A DNA stretch of 64,000 nt, from assembly GCA_024704765.1 (NCBI GenBank), contig JAKMXF010000055.1, positions 132,353 through 196,352 of the forward strand, given 5' to 3'. The position numbers and the translations under genes were made by a program. This document shows, in pieces, positions 10,764 to 23,177 of the stretch. Position 1 is the stretch's first letter. The number at the start of each line of letters is the position of its first letter. Source of the stretch: Oopsacas minuta (taxonomy: Eukaryota > Animalia > Porifera). Below the pieces are notes generated by a model that was not told the DNA's origin, did no database searches, and worked only from the letters and a program-made list of their open reading frames with translations.

Positions 10764-12644
10764 ATGCAATGCAGCAAATTGCCTGTGAAGAGTATAAATA
10801 GCAATAATGCTACTAGTTATGCCAAATTTTGTTTCCATTTACATGGTAGTAACAAAAACTTTTTCACAAACAGAAATAATTCAAATCCTGAAATGACAAA
10901 ACCCGAAATTCGAGCAAGTTTTACGATGAAACTCCAAGCTATTCTCAAACCACAGTCTGCATCTTCTCGCGTGCCTAAAGCTATTCTCAAACCACAGTCT
11001 GCATCTTCTCGCGTGCCTAAAGCTACTCGTACACCCTCTGGGAAGAAAGTAACTTGGAATTTGGATGAGGAACAAGTACAACCAGGAGAGTCAAATGTTG
11101 CAGAAGTAGAAGTATGGCCTTCTCCAGATACCAAGGAAGATGCAGTTGAACCGGTTTCTAAGGAACATGGTAGTTATGTAATGTTACCAGGTATAAGTAG
11201 TGATGAAGACACCACCCCAACTCACGTATCTCATCACAGACAAGATAATATTTACGAACCGATTATCCCTATCCACATCAGAACCTTGAATCCATTGAGA
11301 GCAGCTACATACCTTCCTAAAGTTTCACACAGACAAAGTACTTCACTTTCAAGCGCAGAAACTCCAAATGCAAATCAGGTTTTAGATCATAAAAGATTTT
11401 CAAGTTTGGATTATTTAGAAGAAGAAAAGTTGAGTTACGAAAATCATCAAGAAGCGCCATGGTACAAAAAAGCTAATGTTGATTGGACCAAGAATAGATT
11501 GAAACCTGGTAGTGTTACAAAGCCAGTACGATTTGACCTCAACTCTTGGTCAGAGAAGGAAAGAAATCATTCAATTTTAGATGATCTTTCACAGTTTCTT
11601 GATGAAAACACGGATTCGGCTGCATCGAACAGGCGAATATCATTTCCTCCTGATGACCAAATATCTACAATTGAAAGTGATGTTTCTAGTGTTAGTACAT
11701 TTTTTGAGAATGAAGATCGAATTGTAAATACAGAATCGCTACCGTTTTTGTACGAAGCTCCTCTGCAATACCAGCTCTATACATCTACACTATCAAGCGC
11801 CTACAACACAATACTACCTCCATTGCAACATCAATCTCCATGCAAATATCAAGAAAACTATATTATACTTCCAATGCAGAGTTATACAATAAGTACAGTT
11901 TGTGAGGTTACGTTTTCTAGTCAAATAACTTTACTGCTCTCTGACTCACTAACAGAAATTACCTTTGAAACTAACGAAACTCCGTCCACACCAACCATAA
12001 CGAAAAAAGATTCCCCCACAATTTACGAATTATCAGTTAGACAGTGTGAATCACAGAGACCATATATGAATATAGACATAGGACAAATGAATCGTTACTG
12101 TATGCTAGGAGGGGATGAGGATTTAAACATTGGTTATAGAGCTCCACCGCGATATTTCACACCTCATGCAATAGGAGTTTGCTCGGAATGCAAAGAATAC
12201 ATCTACCCAGCTCCTTGTCAACTCGTTAGAATAAATAAAAGAATATTCCATCCTGATTGTTTCAAGTGCACAGATTGCTATTCACTTCTACATGTATCGT
12301 CTTATCAAGAAGTTCAAGGTAAATTCTACTGTCTACGTGATTTCAAGAGACATATTGATTGTCATGTTTGCAAACGACCGCTTGCTGCTTATAGAGGAAG
12401 AGAAAGCCCTGTTAATATATATGACAAGTTCTTTCACCCACAATGCTATCGCTGTACTTCATGCAGTACACAAAATCAGAAATTATCATTTGACGGAAGA
12501 TGGCTACTTTGTATTCACTGTACACAAGCCAGACGTCAACAAACTATAAACCAAGGGTTACACTCGTCACTCTTCTTGAATGCATTTCTCGAATGCTGCA
12601 ACACCACAACACTTATCTCCAATTTTCTAAACTGCAAATTTTAA
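10764..12644 (+). CDS. Intronless LIM-domain protein, copy B (14 aa longer)
   Basis: Same two LIM domains as copy A, plus a 42-nt in-frame tandem duplication at 10936-11019. Confidence 0.85.
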   Translation: MQCSKLPVKSINSNNATSYAKFCFHLHGSNKNFFTNRNNSNPEMTKPEIRASFTMKLQAILKPQSASSRVPKAILKPQSASSRVPKATRTPSGKKVTWNLDEEQVQPGESNVAEVEVWPSPDTKEDAVEPVSKEHGSYVMLPGISSDEDTTPTHVSHHRQDNIYEPIIPIHIRTLNPLRAATYLPKVSHRQSTSLSSAETPNANQVLDHKRFSSLDYLEEEKLSYENHQEAPWYKKANVDWTKNRLKPGSVTKPVRFDLNSWSEKERNHSILDDLSQFLDENTDSAASNRRISFPPDDQISTIESDVSSVSTFFENEDRIVNTESLPFLYEAPLQYQLYTSTLSSAYNTILPPLQHQSPCKYQENYIILPMQSYTISTVCEVTFSSQITLLLSDSLTEITFETNETPSTPTITKKDSPTIYELSVRQCESQRPYMNIDIGQMNRYCMLGGDEDLNIGYRAPPRYFTPHAIGVCSECKEYIYPAPCQLVRINKRIFHPDCFKCTDCYSLLHVSSYQEVQGKFYCLRDFKRHIDCHVCKRPLAAYRGRESPVNIYDKFFHPQCYRCTSCSTQNQKLSFDGRWLLCIHCTQARRQQTINQGLHSSLFLNAFLECCNTTTLISNFLNCKF

Positions 12645-13807
12645 TTTTTATAAAAGTTAAACCTTGTAATAATACTTTTAGACAGATTCAAATCGCGTTT
12701 GAGATAGAACAGACAGTCTAATTATTACTATAATATCTCTTGGAAAATCCTACATAAAATAGCAATTATGATTCTACGCAGCAACAGACAATAAGTATAT
12801 CAGAAATTATGTTTAACTCCATTTAATAGCAATTGGGTGATATCTATCCAGTAATAATCATAATGCATTACTCAAACAAGACAATTTGGTGTTAATAATA
12901 GCCAATAATTGTGTGTTTGTGTCGAAGTTAGAAAATGTACTTGAAATCCCGGGTTTAATTAGCACCGGGGGCAAAAGCTGTACTCGCGATTTGTGGTAAA
13001 TTTAGTGATCAACATTTCATTTTTAAGAGATGTTTATGGAAAATAGCAAAGAAAGTTGAAAACAAAAGCAATCACTATTCAAAACGTATACACAAATTTC
13101 CATTATTCGTATAAGATAATTATTAATAATAAAACGAATAATAATCAACAAAACTGTGTTGCAATATTTGTTATATTCTGTGTAAACAAATTAATTATTA
13201 GCAACTCAATGAATTAACCAGAAGATAAGAATTGAAAGATTATTTTATGTACAGAAAAGGTTATACAAAAATACACTTCCTTTTTGTTAAAATTTCCATA
13301 AATAATTATCTCAAACTGTACATGTATATCTGTTAGGAGGGTTTGTGGCTTATGGCAATATTGGTACATACACTTCTTTGAGTTTATCGTTATAAATCAT
13401 TGCGGGACATATATACTAAGATATTAATGTATTTGGTATGTCTGCAACACTCTGCATAGATGAAAGTTGAATTAAAAATTCATTTGAACGCAGTACTATC
13501 TCCTGCAAATTAACTTATACCCACTCGTAACGAATAAAATAAATCATAAATGTATTAATCAACGGTTAGTGCAGTCAACTTGGTGAATTAGTGTTCAACA
13601 CTACAGCTGAATAAAGTGCATAATAGAAAGATTAATTGTTTGACTTACACCGAAAATATACATATGCGATATCGCGGATTTCTGCATGTCTACAGAATAA
13701 TTGAAAGCAAACTATGTGACGGCACAACGATTTGAAAAAGAGCTTTCAATGCTAACTTGGAGATCCAGGTGTAAATAACAAAAGGCTGTTATGAATATTA
13801 TTAATAA

Positions 13808-15736
13808 ATGTTTACATGGTGGATAGAGAAAAATTTTGGATTGAATATAGTATGCTTAAGAGCCAAAACAAAGACACAGCTGTCTCCTGGAGGGCATGAC
13901 GGATGGCTAAGTGTTAATGATATAAATCTTTCTGCGGATATTCACACATTCCACGTGGCTACTTATCAAAGAGGAACAAAAATGCAGGAAATAGAGCTTT
14001 GTATTGACAGCGAGATAGAAGAGATATTGAAAGCATCCCCCGAGCAGGAGGAGAAGGAGAAGGAGGGAATGTACAAGTTGAATAAACCAAAGAATAAATT
14101 GAAGAATATACACAGTAAAACGTTGGTAGGAACGGATGGAACTCAGGAAACTATCCTAATTAAAGATGTTAAGAAAGTTAGTTTTATCTATGTTACTGAT
14201 CATTGATAATCCCTTCATAATATTCTGTGTAAAAGTTTTCGCAAAATCCACTAACGAATTGTTTAAGAATAATTAAAATAGTTTAAGACACTTCAATGTG
14301 ACTTAAATAGGAATAATATACAAATTGTAAATAGGAATTTCTCCAATTATTAATTTGCATGAAACTCCAGTACAATTGTTCTCCAATTATTTTGTTAAAT
14401 GTCAACTTAAAGGAGAATAATTATTTGATGTTTGAGATATAGTATAAGATGTTGCTGAAAAAGAATGATAGACTAACAGCTGATGTACGTGACCAGATTA
14501 AGAAAGTCACTAAAGATAATCACATATTGAAAAAACAAATCGAGAATAATACTAAAAGAGAAGAGACTGAGAGGAAACAGCTGGAAGGTGAAAAGCAAGC
14601 TCTATTAAAAACTAGCAGAGGATTGAACAAGGAAGTGGAGCAAAAAAATGTCAAACACAAAATGGTAAAGGATTGAATGATGCCCCTCTCCCTCCCCCTA
14701 GAATAAAGCCATCAGTAACAACAGGTATGATCCTTCAAACCGGGTTTATTATAGTATATTTATCCATGGTTCATTAGATGTACTGAAAAGTCACGAGAGG
14801 AATTGGAGCAAAAGAGACAGGTAGATGCCTTAATCTTAAATTTGAAAACTGAACTGGCAAATGTAAAAACTGAGAGAGAAGAGATACAAACAAACTTAGG
14901 AGAAGAAGTGAGGACCTGGAAGAATAATCATACGAGAGTGTGTCAATTGAAAGTAAGTGTAGATAGAGACAATGACTCATTAAAGAAAGTAGTAGCCCAA
15001 CTTATCAAGGACTATACCTCAGCTGCGAATGAGCTACAGGATACATTAACTGATAAAAAATAAGTAGGAAGATGAAGTGAGAGAATTGAAAGAGGAGAAC
15101 TCTGCTCTCCTGAGAGAGAAAGGAAAGAGGGGTAGGAACAAAAGAGATAGCAGATTAAGATTACAACGGGATAAGGAGCTAGAAGGAACGTTCCAGATTC
15201 TTCTGGAAGAATCTCAAAAGGAAATACTTAATCTTGAATCAGAGAGAGACTCTCATAAAACTGCAGCTGATAAGTACAGAGGTTAGTATTGTCCATTCTT
15301 AAGAATATATTAACAATAAGTATAGATAATAATTGTATTTATAGCTGAGCGTGAGAAGGTTAAACTAGCTGTTGAGGAACAGAAAATAATTCAAGAAACT
15401 CTGAAATCTGAGTACGAACAGAAAGCTTCAGATGCTCTATACCAAATTACTACATTAACAAATACATTGAAACAATCTGAAGAACAGAATCATAAGCTGT
15501 TAGAAGAAAATAATAAACTTAAAAGAGAACTAACAAGGAATAAATATCCGAATATAAAGAGTGATAACAACAACAGTACTGAGGGTAATATTGTCAATTC
15601 TGGAGTTATCAGCACATATCCTCCTATCCTCTCACAGGGCTCACAGAATGAGCATAGTCCGTCTTATCACAAGATCAGCTCTTTGATAACATCCGTTCAA
15701 GGTACAGACTTACGTATACTAACAATTATTGTATGA
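13808..15736 (+). pseudogene. Multi-exon coiled-coil protein gene with frameshift and stop, copy B
   Basis: Glu/Lys/Leu heptad-rich segments joined by GT-AG introns (14725-14777, 15282-15344). The frame breaks at GATAAAAAATAAGTAGGAAGAT (~15052-15073). Confidence 0.55.
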
Positions 15737-16301
15737 ACTATCCTCAGTTGCGGAGTTAGCCAGCCATTACTGGTGGGGTACAGGTTATTAAGCTGGGACA
15801 TACTTAAAATTATTCCACATTCTTTACAATCTGAGCATTAACAAATAGGAAGAAATATCCTTTCGAGTGTACTTTGTTGCCCTATTCTAGCCGTTAAGAA
15901 GAAGTCTCCCCGCTTGTTTCAAGATTTCAATTATTTGTTTACTTTATATTTCATGAAAACAACAATAAATTTACATATGATTAATTATATTAAAAGTGTG
16001 AAAATCGGATTCAGTATATTCGATATATTTTTTTTCTTGAATTCTGTTTATTTTTTGTTAACTCGATAAATGCAAAATCTTGTAATTTCTAGATTTGAGT
16101 TCAATATAGCATTCGATAAATCCTTTCCTTATGACAACCCTAGTTGAACTAAGTCCGCTCGAATTGATATTTTCATTTGGCATACTTATGCCAAATATTT
16201 GAGTTATATTTAAGTAGAAACCGGATTTCTCACTATTCAATTGCACGGAAATATCGTCAGAAAAAACCGATGTAAAATGAAAGTAAATCCCACTTTCTTC
16301 N

Positions 16302-19300
16302 ATATACATCTGCATCATATTCAGTGAAATTATCATAACATATGTAGAACAGGGATTTATCATAATGTGTCCGAACCAGCTGAGTTGTTGACTGAGAAGA
16401 ATCTGGAATAACCCCACAGCCCACTAAAGTAAACAAACAATATTATACACAATATATTCGTGGAATATTTTGATAATTTAAAAATTATAATTATAATAAT
16501 AATTATAATAAATGACGTGTAATTAAGTATTAACGCAATACAATAAATGAAACTTACCAGTTTGGCACGTTAGAATCACTCTGTTATAACAATAGCTAGA
16601 TAAATAAGAGTCATAGCAATCTGCTATCTTTGTAGTTGTATCATTACACCCATAAACATAAAAATTCGGCGTATAAGTATAGCGTGTTTCATATCGCTCT
16701 AATTTATGTGAAGTTGCTTTTGGATAACCAAGCTGTTGACAAGCAATATCAGCTAAGAAATCTTCATCGATGTCAGAATAATAAAAATAATAATAATAAT
16801 CGAAACAGACGAATCCCCAGTCATAGCCTAAGTACATCTCAAGATACCCTTCTGTAACATTTGAAAGTTGAAGTGTGCCAGTTGCTAAAATAGGTGTATT
16901 AATTCAAAATACAAAATATCAGTAGATAGAGAGATCGACTGATATTCTGAGGAATTTATTTTAAAAGTTAATGGGCCGTTAATTCCGGACCCTAAATTAT
17001 AGTTCCGAACCCAAACGGACCTCAAGCTCTGGCCTGGCCTGCGACCTCTATCAGTAGGTGTCATAATACAACTGGCTATCATTTGGATCTTAGGGTAGAT
17101 ACTAAATACCGGCTCTAAAAACATTGGACTCACAAACCCCTTCACAAATTTCTCGGTATTTGAAATTAGCTACAATTAATTGACCAGCTATCTGATAAAG
17201 TAAATTATTTGAATATTCTAGTGTATTTCATATTACCTGGTCGGTTACACCAAACAGCAACTGCTCTTGTTGATGTAGAGGTTAGATGTGTGATAGAACA
17301 ATAACACAGGCTTGCTTCATTCCCTACACACTCGTGTTGGTATGAGTGGACATTGTATCCAAATGTAAGATTCGAAATTTCGTAAGAGGTATAACTTATC
17401 GCATCAGTTCCAAAGTTTTCATGGCAGACTACATCAGCATTAGTCATTGTAAATCCTTCGCTATTTAAATAAAACCATTCTTTTCCACTGTAATACTGTA
17501 CAACAACAGTGCCTTCGTCTGCATCATGAGCGAGAGCTTCACAACCATCTAAATGCATTGAATGAATTATTTTACCTCAATGTTTCTTGCCATTTTCCAT
17601 TCTTCTAGTGTGTCACAAAAATTCCTATTTCGAGTGCAATTTTCATCCGTCAAAATGAAAAATTTGTTATTTGTTTAGTTATTGTACTTAACTTTAATTT
17701 TTATAGCCTCTTGGCTATATATAGACTAATTCGATGAACGTGAAGAGCAAAAATGTTATCACCTACAGATACGTACATATTCGAGAATCCACAATAGAAG
17801 GTGTAGTATAATAATGGAACTAACCTACTGTACAAGTTAAGTATACATGTTCATAACTACCACAATTATGAACAGTTGTATGCTCGCATTCCAAGATATT
17901 TGTTTCACTTCCGGTGCATTGAACATCGTCGAGACTAAAGACATTAGTATAGTTAGGATGGTACTGGTATATTTCAAAGCTTGATGCTCTCTTGAATCCA
18001 AGAATTCTGCAAACTACGTTAGAATCCACCATATCCCAATAATCATCACATACGAAACCATACCCATTATTATATACTGAAATGAGACCTTCGTGACCAT
18101 GAGAAAGTTGAATATAACCATTTTCTAAAAAATAGTGCAAACTTGATAGCAAAAAGTATCTGGAGATTCCAAACACACGTATACTCTTATAATATATATA
18201 AAGTAGACCAGTATGAATTGAGCCAATCACTTTGCCAGAATCAGAACTGTACGCATGCTCAGTAAATCAAGGCAACACCTTTTTGGCTTAATCGGGTCAA
18301 AATGGCCCGATGTGACCCTATTAAACCAAGTCTACTGTATTATAAATATTTAATTGTATGGACAGTCAATTCCGGTTATATCGAGGCTCAAGTGACCGGA
18401 ATGAACACTTCAATAAAAGTGGAGTTCGATATACCCGTGTAGTTTACTTTACTTTGCTGTGTAGGTCCATATTTGTACAATTTCAGACCAATATCATCGG
18501 GTATTTCTATATACTCGTGATAGATTGACTATATACAACCATACATGTTCGCTCTGTAAACAGTTTATACCTGGAAGATTGCATTGTACTTCTGCTATGT
18601 TGTTATTTGCACATTCAGTCAGACTGGAAGGGCATTCACATAGAGATGACTCAGTGCCATTGCAAGTGTAGACATATTTGCTTATTGGGTATTGGTTCCT
18701 CTGTGCTGTTAAAACAGATGGGAAATGAGTGAGGGTGCCTACTTGAGCATTCTCACGACAGACAACTTCTGCATTTTTATCAGTAAATCCATCTCCACAT
18801 ATATAGAAGAATTCAGCCTCAAAAACTCGAATTGGAGTTGGTGTTCGACTTGATATATGTGGGTAAGTTTCACATGAATCTAAGAAATGGAAATATAATA
18901 ACTATCAGGATTGACCTCTACGTAGTTGAAAATAATAATAGAGATCGTACAATTGAAAGTATTTCCTAATTATATGATTAGAACATGGTTTCTAATCACT
19001 AATGGGTGATGGGCACTTTTTGAATAAAATTATGTATCATGACCACACTTAAGTCGATTCGTGGTTCAGGCAGGCACGTAGCTACGGGGGGGCAAGGGGG
19101 GGCAGTCGCCCCCCAAAAGTTCTTCTCGCCCCCCCAGATAAATTTGGAAGTTTTCGTTTTTATATACAATGTAGTTAGCTTATTAGTAATATTGCTCTAT
19201 TAGCAACCAGCTTTCGGGTCCCAAACGGGATTATAATGTTAATTTCGTTGCCCTATTAGCAACCAAATCTCTGCAAAATCCGAGTTGCTAATAAGCGAAC

Positions 19301-22300
19301 TCCACTGTAATTAATAGCCTATGTACTTCAACTGGATCGTCAAAACTATGAAATTAATAACTCGCGTTGCGATGATGGTTTTAATACTAGACAGGAAGTA
19401 ACGCTCATTGATAGTAAACTTGTTCTATTTTGACAGGCACTGAATTTCTACTATAATTTTAATTGAATTACCACGACCTCTAGTAATTGTTGTCAGAAGT
19501 TAGACTGTCCATTGAAGTAATTGAAGCATTGGTGATGCTCTTAGGGTTTCAGTTTTCAAAGCTTGTTTTGAAATTTACACATGAGTGAAGCCAATTTCGG
19601 ATATTCTCTATAAGTTATAAAGTCACTCTATTGTCTATATCTCATATCTTTCACATTTTCTGTTCTTCAATCAGTTCAGTGACTCGTATCTCTAACAATT
19701 CTAGATGACTAAAAGACTACAACAAAGCAAAGTTCAGGCATATTTTAAAAGAAATCGAATAGAAATCGAAGATCATGTCGTCTCTTCAAATTATGAGGAG
19801 GTAGAGCCTGTTGTTACGAGTCTTCAAGTTTCGACCCCTTTAACTTCCGATTCTTGTACAACTATTTCAACTCCAAGTTTAAACACGACTCATATACAAT
19901 CACCAATTGTGACTGTAAATGATTTGCCAAAAATGGTGAGAAACCGAGGCAGCCTTCTATTATCTTCCCAAAAAATGAGGCCGGTAGACATTTTAGTACT
20001 CATTGGTATGCCCAATTCTCCTGGATAGAGTATAGCAAGAACTCGATGCTATATTTTGCCAACCGTGTCGGCTTTTTGGAGGATCAACAGCTGAAGCAAC
20101 TTTTTCAACAAAAGGACTTTGTGACTGGAGGAAACTTGGCGACAAGTGCAGGAAGCACGATAGTTCTGTGTGTCATATGGCAGCTGTTGAAACACAGAAA
20201 GTCTGGGCAATTCATCAAATAATAGGGACGGTAGATAAGCAACTGGATCCAAATTTTCGAAATGAGAAATTCATAGATGACAATCGGAAACATTTAATGA
20301 CTGTTCTTGACATTATTACTTTTTGTGCCAAACAAGATATTCCTCTTCGAGGAGATGATGAATCAGATCAGTCGCTTAATAAAGGGAACTTTCTTGAAAT
20401 ATTAGAACTTTTAGGAAAATATGATAGCAATGTGACCAAGAGGATAGAAAGTCTTCCAGGAAATGCAAAAATGCTAAGTCCAGATATTCAAAATGATTTG
20501 TTTACATCACTCGCTTCAGTGCTTCTAGACTATGTTAAAAGTGAAGTAGAAATCGCGTCTTGTTATGCTATTCTAGCTGACGAAGTAAAAGATGCATCTA
20601 AGAAGGAGTTGTTAGGTGCTTCTTTGCGATATATCCATAAAGGTAATGTCCGAGAAAGAGCTATTGGCTTTATTGAATTGAAGGACATGGATGCGGGCAC
20701 CATCTCTGAAAAACTGATAGAGCTACTTAAGCCTTTTGAGCTCGATCCTCTGAAATGTGTAGGGCAGGGTTACGACGGGGCTAGTGTTATGTCAGGAATA
20801 CACGGTGGTGTCCAAGCCCGCATGAAAGGAGCAGGTTATCGCAATGCCACATATGTTCATTGTGCTTCACATAGGCTTAACTTAGTATTAGCTGCAACTG
20901 CTGAACGACATCCTCTGATGAAATCTTTCTTTGATATATTGGATTTGACGTATTCGTTCATGAATGAAACAAAGCGACATGCAGTTTTCATAGACATCCA
21001 GGATGAGCGCTATCCCAACGTCCAAGCTCTTGAACTTGCACGTTCATGTAGTACTCGTTGGTCTTCCCGTTCTTTGGAGGTGGAAAGGTTCTGCGTCGGT
21101 TTGATTGCATACTTGATACTTTAAGCATATTTGGAAATGATAATGATGCAGACACAAGTTTAGCAGCTAAATCTTTACTAGGTAGTCTACAAACAAAGAA
21201 ATTTATGACCATCTTAGTTTACTTTGGTAGGCTGTATGATTACTCTGATTTTTGCACTAAAGCTTTTCAGAAGTCGACAGCAACTGTTTCTTCTTGTTTG
21301 ATATTACTTGCCGATCTGAGGGAAAGGTTGGTCAATTTCGATTTTGACAAGGTTGTCGAATATGCCAAAGATTTGTCTGGTAAATATGAAATCGAAAATT
21401 TTGATGTAAGAGACACAATCAGGCAACGGCGTCTTCCAGAAAGGTTTAGAGAAGGATATCTAAATAGCTCTGTTGGACACACAAACGCATCCAACTTTGA
21501 AGAGCTTGAAATATTGTTACGCCAAAATGTCCGCGAGATCTTAGCAGAATTGGATGCCCGTTTTGGTACAGATCAATCAGGCATCATGAAGGCTGCTGAT
21601 TGCTGCTTACCAAGATCTCAAAACTTTCTTAACAAACAGGAATTGAATACACTATCTGAACTGTATGCAATAGATATCAAAGATTGTGAAATAGAAGTTT
21701 TCCGTTCGTTTATTGCTCGGAAAGATGAATCTCAGCTAAATACTTTGATCGATGTACTGGATGTGATTGACAAAGATATTTTCCCTGATGTTTTCAACTT
21801 ATACCAAGTTCTTGTGACTATCCCTCAGACGTCTTGCAAGGTTGAGAGAATGTTCTCATCTGTTAAGAGAATAAAAACACGTTTGCGCTTACAAATGACC
21901 ACTGAGCGTCTCAACCATCTTGCCCTGTTATCTATTGAAAAAGATATTGCAGAAACACTTTGTTATAATGATGTGATCGAACATTTTAAGCAGACGAAGC
22001 ACCGCCGCTTTCTTTTGTAATGTCAAATAGTATCCCTGAATTGAGTTTAGTATCTTAATAAATGCTCTTACTATAATGTAGACTAATCTAATGCTCCCTA
22101 GCCTAGTAATCTGGTACTTTATGAATTAAAAAGGTTATACATGTAAGAAAAGGAGACTGGGTCGTACTTGTTATACACAAGTAATTAACTTTTCAAAAAT
22201 ATTTATCCCTGCAATTGCCCTCACGAAATACTTCTTGCCCCCCTGAATGTCTTGCTCTAGCTACGTGCCTGGGTTCAGGTTTGGTCACGTTTCGTTAAAA

Positions 22301-23177
22301 TATTCAAGGAAAATGAACTTGACTAACAAATGACGTAAAATATCTCTGCATCCATAGTTTAGCCAATTTTGGTTATATGGCCAGTATTGATCACAGGTTA
22401 AGAAACCATGTACAGTCGAAACTGGTTTTTCTTACAGTTTTTCGTGTAAAGAAATAGTAGAAATTATGGTTTCTGCTGTATTAGAATAAATGTACATACT
22501 TGTTGCACAAGTCAGCTGAACATGTTCAAAAGATGAACAAGAGGATACATAAGCTTTTGAATAGCGGCAATCTGTTATGGTCTGTTCAGTTCCATAACAA
22601 TAAAGATAGTTTATCTTAGGTTCGAGAGGATTTTCAATATAGTTGCCAGTTGTAAATGATTCAGCTTGTATGAAGCCTAGAGTCCTGCATGCAACATTTG
22701 CCTCCTTCAAGTCAAAGGAATCATCACACACATAACCCCAACTGCCTTCATAATATATCTCAAGGATTTGATCGGTAAGTCTCAAATTTCCCTCTTCTAA
22801 AATTTAACAACATTTATTAATATTTCGTCGAATCATGTATATAAAATGATGGGGAATACCTGGAGTATAACATTCGACAGTTGCAATTTTATCAGTCTCA
22901 CAATCTTGTTGGGTAACTGTGCAATCACATAGAGTATTGTTACTTTCATACCCGTCACATTCATATCTGTATGGAGAGATTGGGTAATTGCTAGTTGTAT
23001 TATTTACACTAACACTGCCTATTTCACGTAGTCCTGTATAACCGTTATCCTTGCATAGTTTTATCGCTGCATATTGGTTTAATCCATTAGAACAAATGTA
23101 ATTCCAACCAACATCTGCGAAATGTAATGCAACTTCTTTTACAGTATCTTCTGGAGCCAATAAATCGCTTTCACAGT
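16302..23177 (-). CDS. Multi-exon scavenger receptor cysteine-rich (SRCR) domain protein
   Basis: Phase-1 GT-AG exons, one domain each: 22860-23177, 22500-22796, 18571-18879 (absent from the ORF track), 17825-18124, 17237-17548, 16558-16884 and 16302-16423 (cut at the N). Motifs include GYVCDDSFD..A.VACRTLG and GFVCDDYWD..VVCRILG. The 5' and 3' ends are not defined. Confidence 0.8.
19071..22271 (+). mobile_element. Complete hAT transposon (3201 bp) inside an SRCR intron
   Basis: Perfect 14-bp TIR CAGGCACGTAGCTA and perfect 8-bp TSD GGTTCAGG (19063-19070, 22272-22279). Confidence 0.95.
19705..22020 (+). pseudogene. hAT transposase (ZMYM1-like: TTF zinc finger, DUF4371, C-terminal dimerisation domain), frameshifted
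   Basis: WIEYS..DAIFCQPCRLF..DW (TTF), DIPLRGDDES, YAILADEVKD, GQGYDGASVMSG, YVHCASHRLNL, TRWSSR and VERMFSSVKRIKTRLR..M..ERL..LALLSIE. At least three frameshifts (~19950, ~20040, ~21110). Confidence 0.9.

Larger units (their letters stand above)
10330..16300 (+). repeat. Segmental duplication or haplotype, copy B
   Basis: Near-identical to 3081-8595. Homology stops exactly at the single N at 16301. Confidence 0.9.

Noticed and set aside
16885-17145. 86-aa ORF between SRCR exons
   Set aside because: It lies in the intron between exons 17237-17548 and 16558-16884 and has no SRCR cysteine pattern.
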